The notes beneath the pieces are model-generated. The model was not told the origin of the DNA. It was given only the letters and a program-made list of their open reading frames with translations, and ran no database searches. A stretch of 63,543 bases of DNA from Folioceros fuciformis (lineage: Eukaryota): contig JBNGIO010006236.1 of NCBI GenBank assembly GCA_049999805.1, positions 264,558 to 328,100 of the forward strand. The letters are read 5' to 3'. This document shows, one piece after another, positions 49,926-62,953 of the stretch; the stretch's first letter is position 1; each line of letters opens with the position of its first letter. A program made the position numbers and the translations under genes.

Positions 49926-49960
49926 AGCAGCAGTAGCAGCAGTAGCAGCAGCAGCAGCAG
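49926..49960 (+). repeat. (CAG/TAG)n microsatellite in the presumed 5' UTR of coatomer alpha
   Basis: agcagcagtagcagcagtagcagcagcagcagcag; a second CAG run at ~50051-50066. Confidence 0.8.
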
Positions 49961-50130
49961 AGATGTCGGGCGTGAAGGCGATCTGATGTGAGCAGAGGCG
50001 GCGAGAGGTCGAGCTAGCGCGTAAGGAAGGCAGCTGGCCGCCGGCGGCTGGCAGCAGCAGCAGCAGGAGCGGGAGGGAGAAGAGGAAGGAGAGACGAGTC
50101 GGCCAGATCTCCGGGCCTTGGGGAGCAACC

Positions 50131-53100
50131 ATGTTGACCAAATTCGAGACCAAGAGCAACCGAGTGAAGGGGCTGAGCTTCCACCCCCGGCGGCCCTGGA
50201 TCTTGGCCAGCTTGCATAGCGGGGTCATCCAGCTATGGGACTATCGGATGGGCACGCTCATCGATCGCTTCGACGAGCATGACGGCCCTGTGCGTGGCGT
50301 GCACTTCCACAAGTCGCAGCCGCTTTTCGTCTCTGGAGGTACTGGCTTCTGCGCAGCTGCATTATGGTGTGCCGGATCTGGTTGGATCTGGGGCTTGTGG
50401 TTGTGGTGCGGGTGCAGAGGAGCCTGGGTCTTGAGTAGTTGCTTTTGGTGAGCAGGGGAGTGGATCTCTTGCAGCTCGTGCTGCTGGGCTTGATGTCATG
50501 TTTGTGGCTTGGGATGGGCTTGTTGTCACCGGGTCTTACACCGTGGGCTTTGGAACAGGGGATGACTACAAGATCAAGGTGTGGAACTACAAGATGCGCC
50601 GCTGCCTCTTCACGCTGCTGGGCCACCTGGATTACATCCGAACTGTGCAGTTTCACCAGGAGTACCCTTGGATTGTGAGCGCTAGTGATGACCAGACTAT
50701 CCGAATATGGAATTGGCAGTCTCGGACATGCATATCTGTGCTCACGGGGCACAATCATTACGTCATGTGTGCTTCCTTTCACATCAAGGAGGATTTGGTG
50801 GTGTCTGCATCCTTGGACCAGACTGTGCGAGTGTGGGATATCGGTGCTCTCCGCAAGAAGACCGTGGCTCCTGCGGAGGACATTTTGAGGCTGAGTCAGA
50901 TGAATACGGATCTCTTCGGTGGGGGAGATGCCGTGGTGAAGTATGTTCTGGAGGGGCATGATCGAGGTGTCAACTGGGCTGCGTTTCATCCCACCTTGCC
51001 TTTGATTGTGTCGGGAGCTGATGATCGACAGGTGAAGTTGTGGCGGATGAATGGTACGTGTCCTAATGGTACTCTTTGCGTGACGGGTTTTTCGTTTCTT
51101 GTGTCCTACTCTAACAAACAAACTGCCCCACACCTTACTTGTGATCTGCAGATAAAACGGCTTGGGAGGTGGACACACTTCGTGGCCATGTCAACAATGT
51201 CTCTTCCGTGATTTTCCATGCTCGTCAGGATATCATCGTTTCCAATTCAGAAGACAAGTCGATCAGAGTGTGGGACATGAGTAAGCGCATCGGGGTGCAG
51301 ACTTTCAGGCGGGAACATGACAGATTCTGGATACTTGCAGCGCATCCAGATATGAATCTGCTTGCGGCAGGGCATGATAGTGGCATGATAGTGTTTAAAC
51401 TGGAAAGGGAGCGGCCATCGTATGCGGTCCATGGAGGCATTCTCTATTATGTTAAGGAGCGCTATCTGAGGACCTATGAATTTGCAACCGGAAAGGATAA
51501 CCCGCTCATTTCCATCCGGAGAGCTGGTTCAGCCGGGATGAATCAGGGCCCTAGATCTCTCTCCTACAATCCAGCAGAGAATGCAGTTCTAATATGTTCT
51601 GATGTGGAAGGTGGCTCATATGAGCTTTACATTATTCCTAAAGAAGCCTCTGGAAAGAGCGAGTCAGTAGAGCCGAAGCGAGGTGCCGGAGCATCTGCGG
51701 TGTTTGTCGCTCGCAACCGCTTTGCAGTCTTAGATAAGAACCAGAACCAGGTGTCTATCAAAAACTTGAGAAACGAGGTGACAAAGAGGGTGGCTCTGCC
51801 TTTTGCAACAACAGATGCTGTTTTCTATGCGGGCACAGGGAATCTGCTCTGCAGATCTGAGGACAAGGTGTTCTTGTTTGATGTTCAGCAGAGAAACACC
51901 TTGGGAGAGCTGAGCACCCCCTTCGTGAAGTATGTTGTCTGGTCCTCTGACATGGAGTTTGTTGCTTTGATCAGCAAGCATGCAATTATTATTGCAACCA
52001 AGAAGCTAGTCAATCAGTGCACTGTGCACGAGACCATCCGCATTAAGAGTGGTGCTTGGGATGAAAATGGTGTGTTCATGTACACAACTCTCAATCATAT
52101 CAAGTACTGCCTGCCGAATGGTGATAGTGGTATAATCAGGACATTGGATGTTCCTGTCTACATCACCAAAGTTTCTGGAAGCGCTGTTCACTGTTTGGAC
52201 CGTGATGGGAAGAGCCGGACCATACAGATTGATCCCACGGAGTACATGTTCAAACTCTCTCTCATTCAAAGGAAGTATGATCAGGTTCTGTCCATGATTA
52301 GAAACTCGCAGCTGTGTGGGCAATCCATCATTGCATACCTCCAGCAGAAGGGATTTCCTGAGGTAGCCTTGCACTTTGTCAAGGATGAGAGGACTCGGTT
52401 CAATCTCGCAGTGGAGTGTGGGAACATAGAGGTGGCAGTTGCATCTGCCAAAGAGATAGATGAGAAAGACTACTGGTCGAGGCTGGGGGCAGAGGCGCTG
52501 CGTCAAGGAAATCACGAAATTGTTGAGTACTCCTTGCAGAAGACGAAGAACTTTGAACGCCTGTCGTTCTTGTATCTCATAACTGGAAACTTAGAGAAGC
52601 TTTCAAAGATGCTCAAGATCGCAGAGATGCGCAATGATGTGATGGGCGCTTTTCACAATGCACTGTATCTGGGTGACGTCAAAGAAAGAATCAAAATATT
52701 GGAGGAGTCTGGGCATATACCTCTTGCATATGCAACTGCTACTGTCCACGGGCTGACTGACATAGCTGAGCGGCTGGCTGCTGATCTTGGTGACAATGTA
52801 CCAACTCTTCCCCCGAAAGAGAAGGCGGCCTTGCTCTTGCCACCAATTCCAATTTTGCGAGAGGACAACTGGCCATTATTATCAGTTAGCAAAGGCTTCT
52901 TTGAAGGTGCTTTTGGAGATGCGGCTGCGGGAGCGGAACTGGAGGACGAAGTTGCTGCAGCAGGGGCTTGGGGTGAGGAGCTGGATATTCCTGACGTGGT
53001 TGACGTCAGAGCAAATGGTGAGATTTTCGCAACTGAAGACGAAGAGAAGGGTGGAGAGGATGAGGAGGCAGGTTGGGAGATGGAAGACTTGGAACTTCCT

Positions 53101-54102
53101 GCAGATGTGAGCACAAACGATGTTGTTGGAGGAGGTGCTGAAGCAGCTTACTTTGTTGTGCCTACGCCTGGTGTGCCAGTCAGCCAGATCTGGATCCAAA
53201 GGTCTTCACTTGCTGGTGAACATGTGGCAGCGGGTGCCTTTGACACGGCCATGCGCTTGCTCAATAGGCAGCTTGGGATCCGTAATTTCGCTCCCCTCAA
53301 GGCAGCTTTTTTGGATCTGCATCTTGCATCCCACACATCTCTACCAGGCCTTGTTTCGTTGCCAGTATTGCCGCTGGCCCTTGAGAAGGGATGGACTGAA
53401 AATGCAAGTCCAAATGTCAGGAGTGCACCAGCCCTCATCTGGAAGCTCTCCACGTTGGAAGAGAAGTTGAAAGCAGGTTACAAGGTGGTCACAGAGGGCA
53501 AGTTCACGGAGGCCTTGAGATTGTTCCTCACCATTTTGCACACTATTCCCCTGCTGGTTGTGGACAGCAGGAAGGAAGTGGATGAGGTAAAAGAACTGGT
53601 GTCATTAGCGAAGGACTATGTCCTTGCCATGAGGATTGAGCTGAGGCGGAAGGAACTGAAAGATGACATGGTCCGACAGTCAGAGCTTGCCGCATACTTC
53701 ACTCACTGCAACCTCCAGCCAACGCATCTGAGACTGAGCTTGCAGTCTGCCATGAACACCAACTTCAAGGCCAAGAACTTCAATGCAACGGCTTCCTTCT
53801 GCCAGCGGTTATTGCAATTGAATATTCCTCCAGCAACAGCGACCAAGGTACGGCAAGCATTACAGGCTTGTGAGAGGTCTCCCAGAGACGAGCTTCCCAT
53901 CAACTATGATCCCCGAAATCCATTTGTGGTCTGCGGTGCCACTTTGACGCCTATATACCGTGGAAGCAGAGATGTGTCTTGCCCGTACTGCACAGCTAAA
54001 TTTGTGCCAGAAACAAGTGGGCAGATCTGTCCTATTTGTGAGCTTGCTACTGTTGGAGCAGATGCATCAGGACTATATTGCTCTAGCACTCAATCCCGGT
54101 AG
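50131..54102 (+). CDS. COPA: Coatomer subunit alpha (alpha-COP); exons 50131-50338, 50559-51053, 51152-54102
   Basis: [21 protein letters not shown]40 repeats, [11 protein letters not shown] and [12 protein letters not shown] restored across GT-AG introns, C-terminal NPFVVCGAT...CPYC...CPIC. Confidence 0.96.
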
Positions 54103-55124
54103 CGTCACTGCCTTAGCGTCTCTTTGACCTGGCTGGATTGTCACACTTCGTGTTGGCAGATTGCGGCATCAGTTCACCTTGTGAGGGTTGGCCAGAGTGT
54201 AGAGAACATTTTAGGAGTCAAGAGACAAGCAGGAGAGGGATCTTCAGCAGGCTTATGGGGATGTTCGCATGCTGTTGAGTTTTTCCGGTTTTGCTCGTGT
54301 TGCAGCTCGTGTTTTTTCCGCTTTCATGCAGGTTATTGATTCATATCTATGGGGGACACGTAGTTCAGAGGCATGGTCGTAGTCAACGCAGCACAACTGT
54401 TGTAGGTATAGGCCAACAATGTAGTTTTGCACATGACTTATGAATGTGCAAGTATACTCCAAACATTGTTGGAGTTGAGTAAACTCAGATAAAGCAAATT
54501 TGACTTCTAACGTGCCTCTCGCAATCGGTTAAACCCTCTCAACATCAAATGCGGGCTCTCTCCCTTTCGCCCCTCAATTCAGTTTTCCTCTTCCCTCTCA
54601 CGTGGAATCAGATACAGGCAATGCATCCGTATGGCAGGAAACCCGTCCATTAATCAACAAACAGTTTACAGAGTGGGATCTATTGTGTTCGTCCTTTCAG
54701 TGTCGGGATAAGGGCGTCTTCATCTCGTTCAAAAACATGTCAATCATAGTTTCTTCTCCTACACCTGTGACAAGACACATTTACCCCTAAACATTCCCAA
54801 CAGATGTTTAGGGCTGAACTGTTGAAGTTGACTATGCTTCTATTAAAACTAAAAATGAAAAGTGAAAAGAATAGCCTGCGTATAGGAGGATTGTCTGAAT
54901 CCGACGTCCTTAGAGTTCCATGGTGCCTCTCTTTCCAAACCGTATCCGTCACAACCAAAATGTGCCTCGCTCTCCTCCCTTTCGCAGCTCCAACGAGTGC
55001 CTTTCTCCCGTCTCCTCGGACGATAAAAAGTGGGCTAGATACAGACACTGGTGCTGCTCGAAGCCGATTGATCTGTTAAGAACCAAATGGCAGGAAGATC
55101 GTGTTCGTACTTTCAGTGTCATCA

Positions 55125-55634
55125 TCAGGGCTTCTTCAGCTCACGCAGAATCATACTAGTCAGAGTCTCCACTTCGATACCCGTGACATACCACATCTCA
55201 GTAAACATTCCCAACAAATTCTCTGTGAGATCATGCAGGCCTTCGGGAGTAAGGCCCGTTGGTGGACTAAACTGTTGAAGCTGCTTTCGCTTCCATGTAG
55301 ATATCACCTCTGGAAAACAATAGCCTGCTCCTGAGGCAGCAGGAGGAAGCAGCAGGTTGTCAGAGAACACCCCCGTGTGATGCACCCTGCGTGGAGGGAG
55401 ATGGTTGGAAGACCTAACGTCGTTGTCAGCTCCTGACGCTGCTGCTGCTGGTTGGTCCGGATCCCCTGCGGAAGAACGTGCTTTTTCCAAAGCCGCTCGG
55501 CGCTGCAATGCAATAACTCGCTGATGCTCCATTCGGGCGATTTGGTCCGGACTGATGGACACAGAAATCCGTTGGGATCGGGGTGGGGAGAAGTTGGGAG
55601 GATTAGACATTGAAGAGGCTCGTGAAGTAGACAA
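55125..55634 (-). pseudogene. Unknown ORF with an RPA32-binding-like helix and an internally duplicated domain; probably decayed
   Basis: SPDQIARMEHQRVIALQRRAALEK motif. The LLGMF..VTG..ET...M.L.E.K.P segment recurs in decayed form ~410 bp downstream (54685-54830). Confidence 0.35.
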
Positions 55635-56003
55635 AAATTGAAGGAAATTGCGTAGCGCCCCTGCTAATTACCTCTCGAACTTTAATACCGCACTTGCTGC
55701 CTAGTTCTGGAGCGTGCATGCCGTATGTACATAATGTAATTGAAACAGTCACCACAACGTTACAAATTCCTTCCTTGTCTTAAAGTTGCTACTAGTAGTG
55801 TACAAGTTTCGTGAGCAACATGAACTTCCTACTGATTTGCCGCCCTGGCCCTGATGTTGCACGAAGAGCAAACTTCGCCTAGGCCGCCTCCTCCCATAAA
55901 GTTTCGCAGTTTCAACTAAACCTGGGAAATTTCGTCAAGGGCACGGAGCGAAGCTGGTTCGGCAACATCAGGAATAGGCCGACACTGGAGCACCTGCATC
56001 TAG

Positions 56004-56071
56004 GACGACCTAGGACGACAGTGTGAGAGTCCGGGGAGACGACCTAGGACGACAGTGTGAGAGTCCGGGGA
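56004..56071. repeat. Perfect 34 bp tandem duplication
   Basis: gacgacctaggacgacagtgtgagagtccgggga x2. Confidence 0.9.
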
Positions 56072-56397
56072 CAGGAGAGCATTGGAGCAAAGAGCAGGCT
56101 GAGAGAGGTCTCTCAGCCTTCTCAGTCTACCAAATGCCATGCCCCATCCTGTAATGGGTGGAAAAACCTTTCTGGCTTCTTTGTATGTACGTACTTTGCT
56201 AGTTCCGTGCTTTTTGGTTCATCTGCCAACTCCTATAGGTAGCCGGCGACCATCCCATCTCGAGGCAGGGACAACCCCACAAGAGAGGAAGCACTCACAC
56301 CGGACTTAGGTGAGACCTTGCAGTACTAGGTGGCAGTCCTACAGCGGCATCGGTGGCCTTGCGATGCGAAACGCAGGCGAGGTGACAGGTTAGCTAT

Positions 56398-59300
56398 TGT
56401 GAACTTTCCTAAAGTGTAGAGAAGGGCGGAAGTGTAAATTAGAAAAGATTGAGAGAGTACATAAGTAGGGGCCCTTTTATAGGGCCCAGGGCACCCCTAC
56501 CTCGGCCCCCTTCGTAGGGGTGCGACTGTTCACTTGACGAGTTAGGTTAGCCTGACTCACGTGACTGGTAGCTAGGGTTATGTAAACCTTACTAAACTTA
56601 ACACTCCCTCTTAAGGGGGACATGACCTAGGCTAAGGGCTCCCTCGATCGAGCGAACATCTTCTGGTCTTCAGGTCTTGGAGAGGTACGGGGTGAAGTCA
56701 ATCAGGCCCATGCTCTCCAATGTGCTGGTAGTGCCGGGTCTTGGGCAGGCCCTTCGTCAGGATGTCTGCCAAGTTGTCCTCTGTTGGTACATAGCTGGTA
56801 TCTACCACCTTGCGCTCGACTACATCCCGGATGTAGTGATGTTGGATCTCTATGTGTTTCGTCCTAGCGTGGAACTTGGGGTTGGAGATCAGGGCCAGAG
56901 CCGACGTGTTGTCGCAGTAGAGTGTCATCGGCTGGACCTGCTTCTGGCCAACGTCGGCTAAGAGGGCTCGCTCCCACTCAGCTTCCTTGGAGGCATCTGT
57001 GAGTGACTTGTACTCAGCCTCTGTAGAAGAGAGCGCTATGGAGGTCTACTTCGTGCAGCTCCAGTTCACCGCAGCAGAGGATAACAGGAAACAGTGGGCG
57101 CTCAAGCTCTTCCTTGAATCTGGGTTAGATGCCCAGTCTGCATCTGTATAGCCACTGAGGAGGAGCTTGCCGGTCCCTCCGTTCTGGTACATCAATCCAT
57201 AGGTCAAGGTGCCCTTTAGATAGCGAAATATTCTCTTGACCGCAGCCCAATGCGCCTTGCTAGGATTCTCAAGGAACTGAGACATTGTGGAGACGGAGTA
57301 GTGGATGTCGGGCCTCGTCCAGCCGCTGGCAAAGAGGAGACTCCCTACGGCATGGCGATAGGGGATCCCATGCATGTCCTTGGTCTCTTCTTCAGTCTGA
57401 GGACACTGCTTAGTAGCGAGTTTTGTGCCCACGGCATAGGGGGTGGTAACAGGCCTGGCTTGGTCCAGCTTGAATTTCCTCAGTATCTCATTGACATGCT
57501 TGTACTGATGGATGATCAGCTTTCTTTCAACTCTATTCCTCAAAATCTGAATTCCGAGGCAGAATTGGAGCTCGCCAACATCTTTCATCTCAAAATGGGA
57601 GCAAAATGCGGCCCTCGAGTCAGCATGTAGACGTTCTCGTCGGCTGCGCTCTGGATAAAGGAGATGCTGAGTAGGTAGGTGTGTATAGTAGTATACCACA
57701 CTCGCTCGCTTTGCTTGAGGCCATAGATGCATTTCCTTAGCCTGAGCACCTTGTTGGGGAACTCCTTGCTGACGTAGCCTTCTGGCTGGTCCCTGTAGAG
57801 CTCTTCGTCCAAGGTACCATAGAGGTAGGCAGTCTTGACGTCCATTTGGTGGAGCTCCAGGTCCAATTCAGCCGCAAGGGCAAGCAAGATCCGTATGGAT
57901 TGCGCACGTACCACCGGGGAGAAGGTCTCTTGATAGTCCAGGCCTTCGACTTGGGAGAATCCGCGGGCCACTAGCCGGGCCTTGAAGCGGTCCACCTGTC
58001 CTTGGGCGTTGAGCTTAAGCTTGAACGTCCACTTGCAGGAGATGGGCTTCCTTCCAGGGGGCAGGTCGACGAGTTCCCAGGTCTTGTTTTGAAGTAGACT
58101 CTGGTACTCATCATCCACTGCGATCCGCCACTGCGAGGACTCAGGTCCTACAAGGGCTTGGGAAAGAGTGGTCAGTTCTTCTGGAAGGGCCGCTGGAGAT
58201 AAAGCCGCCGACAGTGAGTTGAAGGCGGTCCTGAAGTCGGTGGATTGGTAAGGCGGCTTTGCCCACTGAGATGGTGGTGGTCGATGCCGAGTACTGCGAC
58301 GAGGCCAGGGTTGGGTGCCGGAGCAGCCGGCACAGGCTCGCCATGAGCCAACACGGGCTCCGTAGGAGGCAGCTCCTCTGGGGCAGCCGATGACAGGTCA
58401 TGGCCAAGGTCGTCAGCGGCATCGTTAGCAGGAGGTTGAACAGCGGGGGGAGTACCATTAGGGTCTTCAAGAGGCAAGCCGGGGTCAATATGCGCGTCGT
58501 CCCTAGGGACGGGGCCGTTGTCTGGAGTCTCCAAGTAGCTGGGGTCACCGTCTTCGACAGGGTAGTCGCAAGCGGTGTCGGTGTCGGCAGCCGCAAGGCT
58601 GCTGACCGGCACGTCTCCCTCTGAAGCTGGCTTGGCTGGCTCCAGAAAGGTGACAATGTGTGCCAGGATGATGTCGTGGGTCCCAGGGTCAAAAAGCTTG
58701 TAGGCCTGAGAGCTCTCGCTATAGCCCACAAAGATAAGCTTCTTTGCCCTGTCATCCAATTTGCGTCGCTTCTTGGCAGGGATGTGAGCAAAGGCTGGCA
58801 ATCCGAATACCCGTAGATGCTGAATGCTGGGCTTGCGCTGCCAATATACCTCGTAGGGGGTACAGCCAAGAACTGAGTTTGTGATCACTCGGTTTAAGAT
58901 GTAGGTGGCCGCCACAATTGTCTCTGCCCAGAAGCCTTGTGGAAGTCCGGACCATAGCAGCATGCTCCTGGTCATGGACAAGAGTGTCTGATTCTTGCGC
59001 TCCGCGACTCCATTCTGCTGTGGAGTGTAGGGTACCGTGAGTTGTCTTTGAATTCCTTGCTCCAGGAGGAAGGCATCAAACTCATGGTTGACAAACTCTG
59101 TGCCGTTGTCGCTCCGCAAGGTCTTCAACTGCTGACCAGTCTGCCGCTGTAGAGGGTCAGGACGTTGTTGACGTTGTAAGTGTTGGCCAGCTGGTCCCAG
59201 ATGGCAGCAACTGTCGTGAGGAACTCCACACTGGGCACCAGGCTGGAGGCGAGTCCGCCGATGAGAAGAGCGATGGCGATCCCGTTGAGATAATCCCAGC

Positions 59301-60561
59301 GCTCCACGTCAGCGATCGGCCCAGTGGCCGCAGGCTTGGGGAGGCTGCCGTCCACCACTTTCCAGACGCCTTTGCCAACCAAGAGGGACTTCATGCGGAC
59401 ACGCCAGACTGGGTAATGTAGTCCGTTGAAGCGGTCTTGCTCCTTTATCTGCTCAGTAAACATGGGAATGGTGGCGGGTACTGGGGCTGAAGAGCTACTG
59501 CTTGCCATTGCGAACGTTGTGTTCAAGGAGAGTGAATTCAGTTGCTGGATGATCTGGTCCAAAAAAGAGTTAGCGCTTGTGGTCATAAAAACCAAGCTTC
59601 GGAGTGAAGGGCTGGTCACTGTCTTAGGACACATATACAAAGGGGTAGCACGGTCCCGAGAGTTCAAGCAGACATTCTCAAGTTCGGTGCGCAAGCAGCT
59701 GGAGGAGTGCCGGAGTTTGGCTGCGTGAGCCGCCGAAGGCGAAAGATGAGGTCCACAAGCTGGTCGGTAGTCCGCTCCAGCTGACCCCACAGTTCCTGGG
59801 TCAGGTACACTGAATCTGTCGGTGATGGCGTTGCCGGAGGTTAGTCTTCATGTAGCACTCGGGGTTGGGCACTGGTTGTAAGTCCTCTATCGCTGTAGGC
59901 AGGTAATAAATGGGCTGTGGAGGGGAGAAGAAAACGGGAGGGGGGCATGGGCAATTATTAAGATAATGAAAATGAGGCCCAGGAGGAGGTTCAAATAAAC
60001 CCCCGAACAAGTGTGGGGGAGCAGAGACGAACGGGCGTGCCCGTCCGGGCACGGGTGCCCCCGGTTGCGGATCTGCGCGCCCGTTGAGTGCTCCGGGTCG
60101 TTATCCGCGCCTCCCGCGAGCCCAACTCGCACGCCTTCTGCAAGCCTAGCGCCTGCCCCCGCGGCGACATGTATCTCATCGATGCCCGCGTGAAGCCCGC
60201 ACGCGACCATGCTGAGCCCGCCCGTGCCCGGATACGGACTGCCTGCGTCCGCTGAGAGCACGCCTGACTGCGCGCCTCCAGCAGGTACGTTGCCTACGCT
60301 AACTGCCTAGCCTGCGCCTGCTGGGAGCCCACCTGTACACGCGCCTCCCGCGATCACCGATCCTGCAGGGGTGGGTGTATGCACGCCCAGCACGATTTGG
60401 GCGCCCGTGCCTGTTGATTTCTCCAGGCTTGCACCTGCTGGGTTCTCCGAGTCCGCAACTGAGCCTTCCACTAGCATGGAGCCAAATCTTGGTGTGGCGC
60501 CCATGGGAATCTGGGTGCCCGGTCCTGAGTAGTGGCCTGCACCCAAACCAAGTTATGATGG
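56398..60561 (-). mobile_element. Ty1/copia element 2: internally deleted; 3' LTR ~56398-56603; 5' LTR not in the window
   Basis: gag IKEQDRFNGLHYPVWRVRMKSLL, integrase KTLRSDNGTEF/YTPQQNGVAERKN, RT KARLVARGFSQ/QMDVKTAYL/YGLKQS, RNase H DADWA/KHIEIQHH/ADILTK. PPT aagagggag before tgttaag. The left LTR boundary is tentative. Confidence 0.88.
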
Positions 60562-61244
60562 TGTTCGCTTATCCCTTAAATAGGACATAAAATTAGGGTT
60601 AGACATATATTTATTTTAGGGCTCCGATGACGGTTAATTGTTAGTAACTGTCGTGTCATGTGAACTACATGTGAACGTGGTTTCACAACTTACTTCTTCA
60701 CTTTTGCTTTCTCGCTTGCATATGCTTCTAGTGCGCTTGTGCGCCTAATGCGATCTACTTGCTGTTCATAAACGACATGGTATCAGAGCCCGGCATTGGA
60801 GATATCCACAGAGCCATCTGCTTAGGAGCACCTTCTTTGTCCAGGCGACAGAGAGCACGTGGATATGTCCAATATCCTGGATAAACAGCCAATGTAAAAT
60901 GGACTCTCTAGCAGCCAAGTGTGGCTGGTTGCTGTACCTTTCAAAGTTTGTAGGACCGAAGCTCGAGCCGCTGATCTACAAGCTGGTCGATCAGACAGCC
61001 AGTCGTGCGGAGGCTCGGGAGAGGCGCAAAAGCCTGAAATTGCGCAAGAAGGTTGTTAAAATTCAGATGCGTCGATCTAGGAACAGCTAGAGAGGTCGGC
61101 TCTTGAGAATACCTTTCTAAGAGCTGCGGGTGCTGCCGGTAGAGCGGCGTGGAGGCGCACATTTTGCTTGCAAGTTGAGAAGCTGGTGGTGCGCAGCGAG
61201 AATGGTCCAAGATCTCACAAAGGGAAACCGGCCTGATCCTTTGG

Positions 61245-61778
61245 ATGGCGCACTGTCATCGCGGTCACAGAGGGAATCAGAGAAGAGTCATCCAGCCAGT
61301 ACCTCCCTACGAAATCACAAACCTGCCTATTGAGAGAGGCAAACAGCCAAATAGACGTGTCCATAGAGATAGGATCCCGAATCTAGCCACCGCGAATCCA
61401 AGCATCCATCAGTATCGAAGGTCTGTGCAGCGACGCCACCAAGACCCAGAATCCTTGCACCCTGAGTCAGCCACCAGAGATAGTGAGGAGTCTCTTGCCG
61501 TCGCTGTACAGCACCTAACACAAAGGCTTGACAATATCAACAGCACTGCACTTTGCCGTACCCAGCTCATCCTCACTACACTTGATAGCCTTACAGATCG
61601 GATAACTCGGTTTGAGGATCACCTGCAGCAAATAGACGTCAAGCTATTTGTTTTAATGAAACCACAGCTGCAGGAGAGGAATAGGCTTACCCGAACGATT
61701 CTCTCAAATTACAGACGAGCAAAGTTAGCTGTGTGCCAATCCAGGCCAGTGGAGTCTACCAATGCGGGTAGCTGTTGA
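61245..61778 (+). CDS. Extra coiled-coil ORF upstream of gag in copia element 3 (5' part probably broken; fragment at 60899-61090)
   Basis: SLAVAVQHLTQRLDNINS...LDSLTDRITRFEDHLQQIDVKL heptad pattern, located between PBS and gag. Confidence 0.45.
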   Translation: MAHCHRGHRGNQRRVIQPVPPYEITNLPIERGKQPNRRVHRDRIPNLATANPSIHQYRRSVQRRHQDPESLHPESATRDSEESLAVAVQHLTQRLDNINSTALCRTQLILTTLDSLTDRITRFEDHLQQIDVKLFVLMKPQLQERNRLTRTILSNYRRAKLAVCQSRPVESTNAGSC

Positions 61779-62853
61779 TTCATGAGTGGACAAGGGACAT
61801 ACTCCACTCCAGAGTGGCAGAGGAACTAAGCCCAAGAAGTCGGGCTTATCGATTTTGATGACTATGAGGAAGAAGTTGCAGATGGTGACTCTGGACGAGC
61901 ATCTGTAAACACAAATCTGGAACACGTAGATTATTCCTAGTTCTGGAAAGCCAACAAAATGGATGAGGATGATAAAGCACGAGATAACATGATTAATGCA
62001 CTACAGACATTGACCAGCGGTGGATTCAAGGAAAAGGACCGACTGGTCATAGGTGCTGAGTACGATATCTGGGTCATGAGGATGCAAGGCGCATTAGAGG
62101 AGAAAAATCTGTGGGATATCGTGACTGGTGATGTACCAAAACCTGCAGAGGGGTCAGCAAACTTACTTGTTTGGAAGCTGGCTGACATAAGAGCAAGGAA
62201 CCTGATCAAGTCAGGTCTTGCCCCAGAGATGATGCGTTCAGGCATCTGATGGACCAGGTGACTCAGCGTAGGACATGTGGAACCACCTTGCTATGATGTT
62301 TGCCTCCCATGACATGGCGGCGTCTATGTCTGCTTCTGTGAAATACCATAGCCTGCGAATGATAGAAGGGGAGACAGTTGAACATTACATTGCAAGATTT
62401 AGAATTGCCCGTGCAAGACTAAGCTCATCAGGAACGAAGATTACAAACTACGAAGCAGCCTGTAGACTGTTGAGTTCCTTACCACCAAGTTACGGCCCTT
62501 TCGTCACTGGTCAACAGGCCACGGCGAAAGTGGAGGCCAGAATTGCCAAGGTCTTGAAACTTGATGCAGAGCCGCTAACATTCAACGGAGTGGTTAGTGC
62601 GATGCTGCAGGAAGAAGCTACACGGCTGTCTTCACACTCTGCAAAACAGCAATCACAGGGTCAGCAAGCCCTTTTTGCAGGTAGGGGAAAAACATTCAAG
62701 AGAGGCCAAGGTGGCTGGAGTGCTAACCGTGGTGGTAGGACTGCTCCCAGTGGACCTGGTCAGAGTTCAGGCAGCCAGAAAAGGAGTGGCAACTGCAACT
62801 GGTGTGGTATACCAGGTCACTGGGCACGGGATTGTCGTAAAAGAAAGGCCGGC

Positions 62854-62953
62854 NNNNNNNNNNNNNNNNNNNNNNNNNNNNNNNNNNNNNNNNNNNNNNN
62901 NNNNNNNNNNNNNNNNNNNNNNNNNNNNNNNNNNNNNNNNNNNNNNNNNNNNN
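62854..62953. other. Assembly gap (100 N) within gag of element 3
   Basis: N run. Confidence 0.98.
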
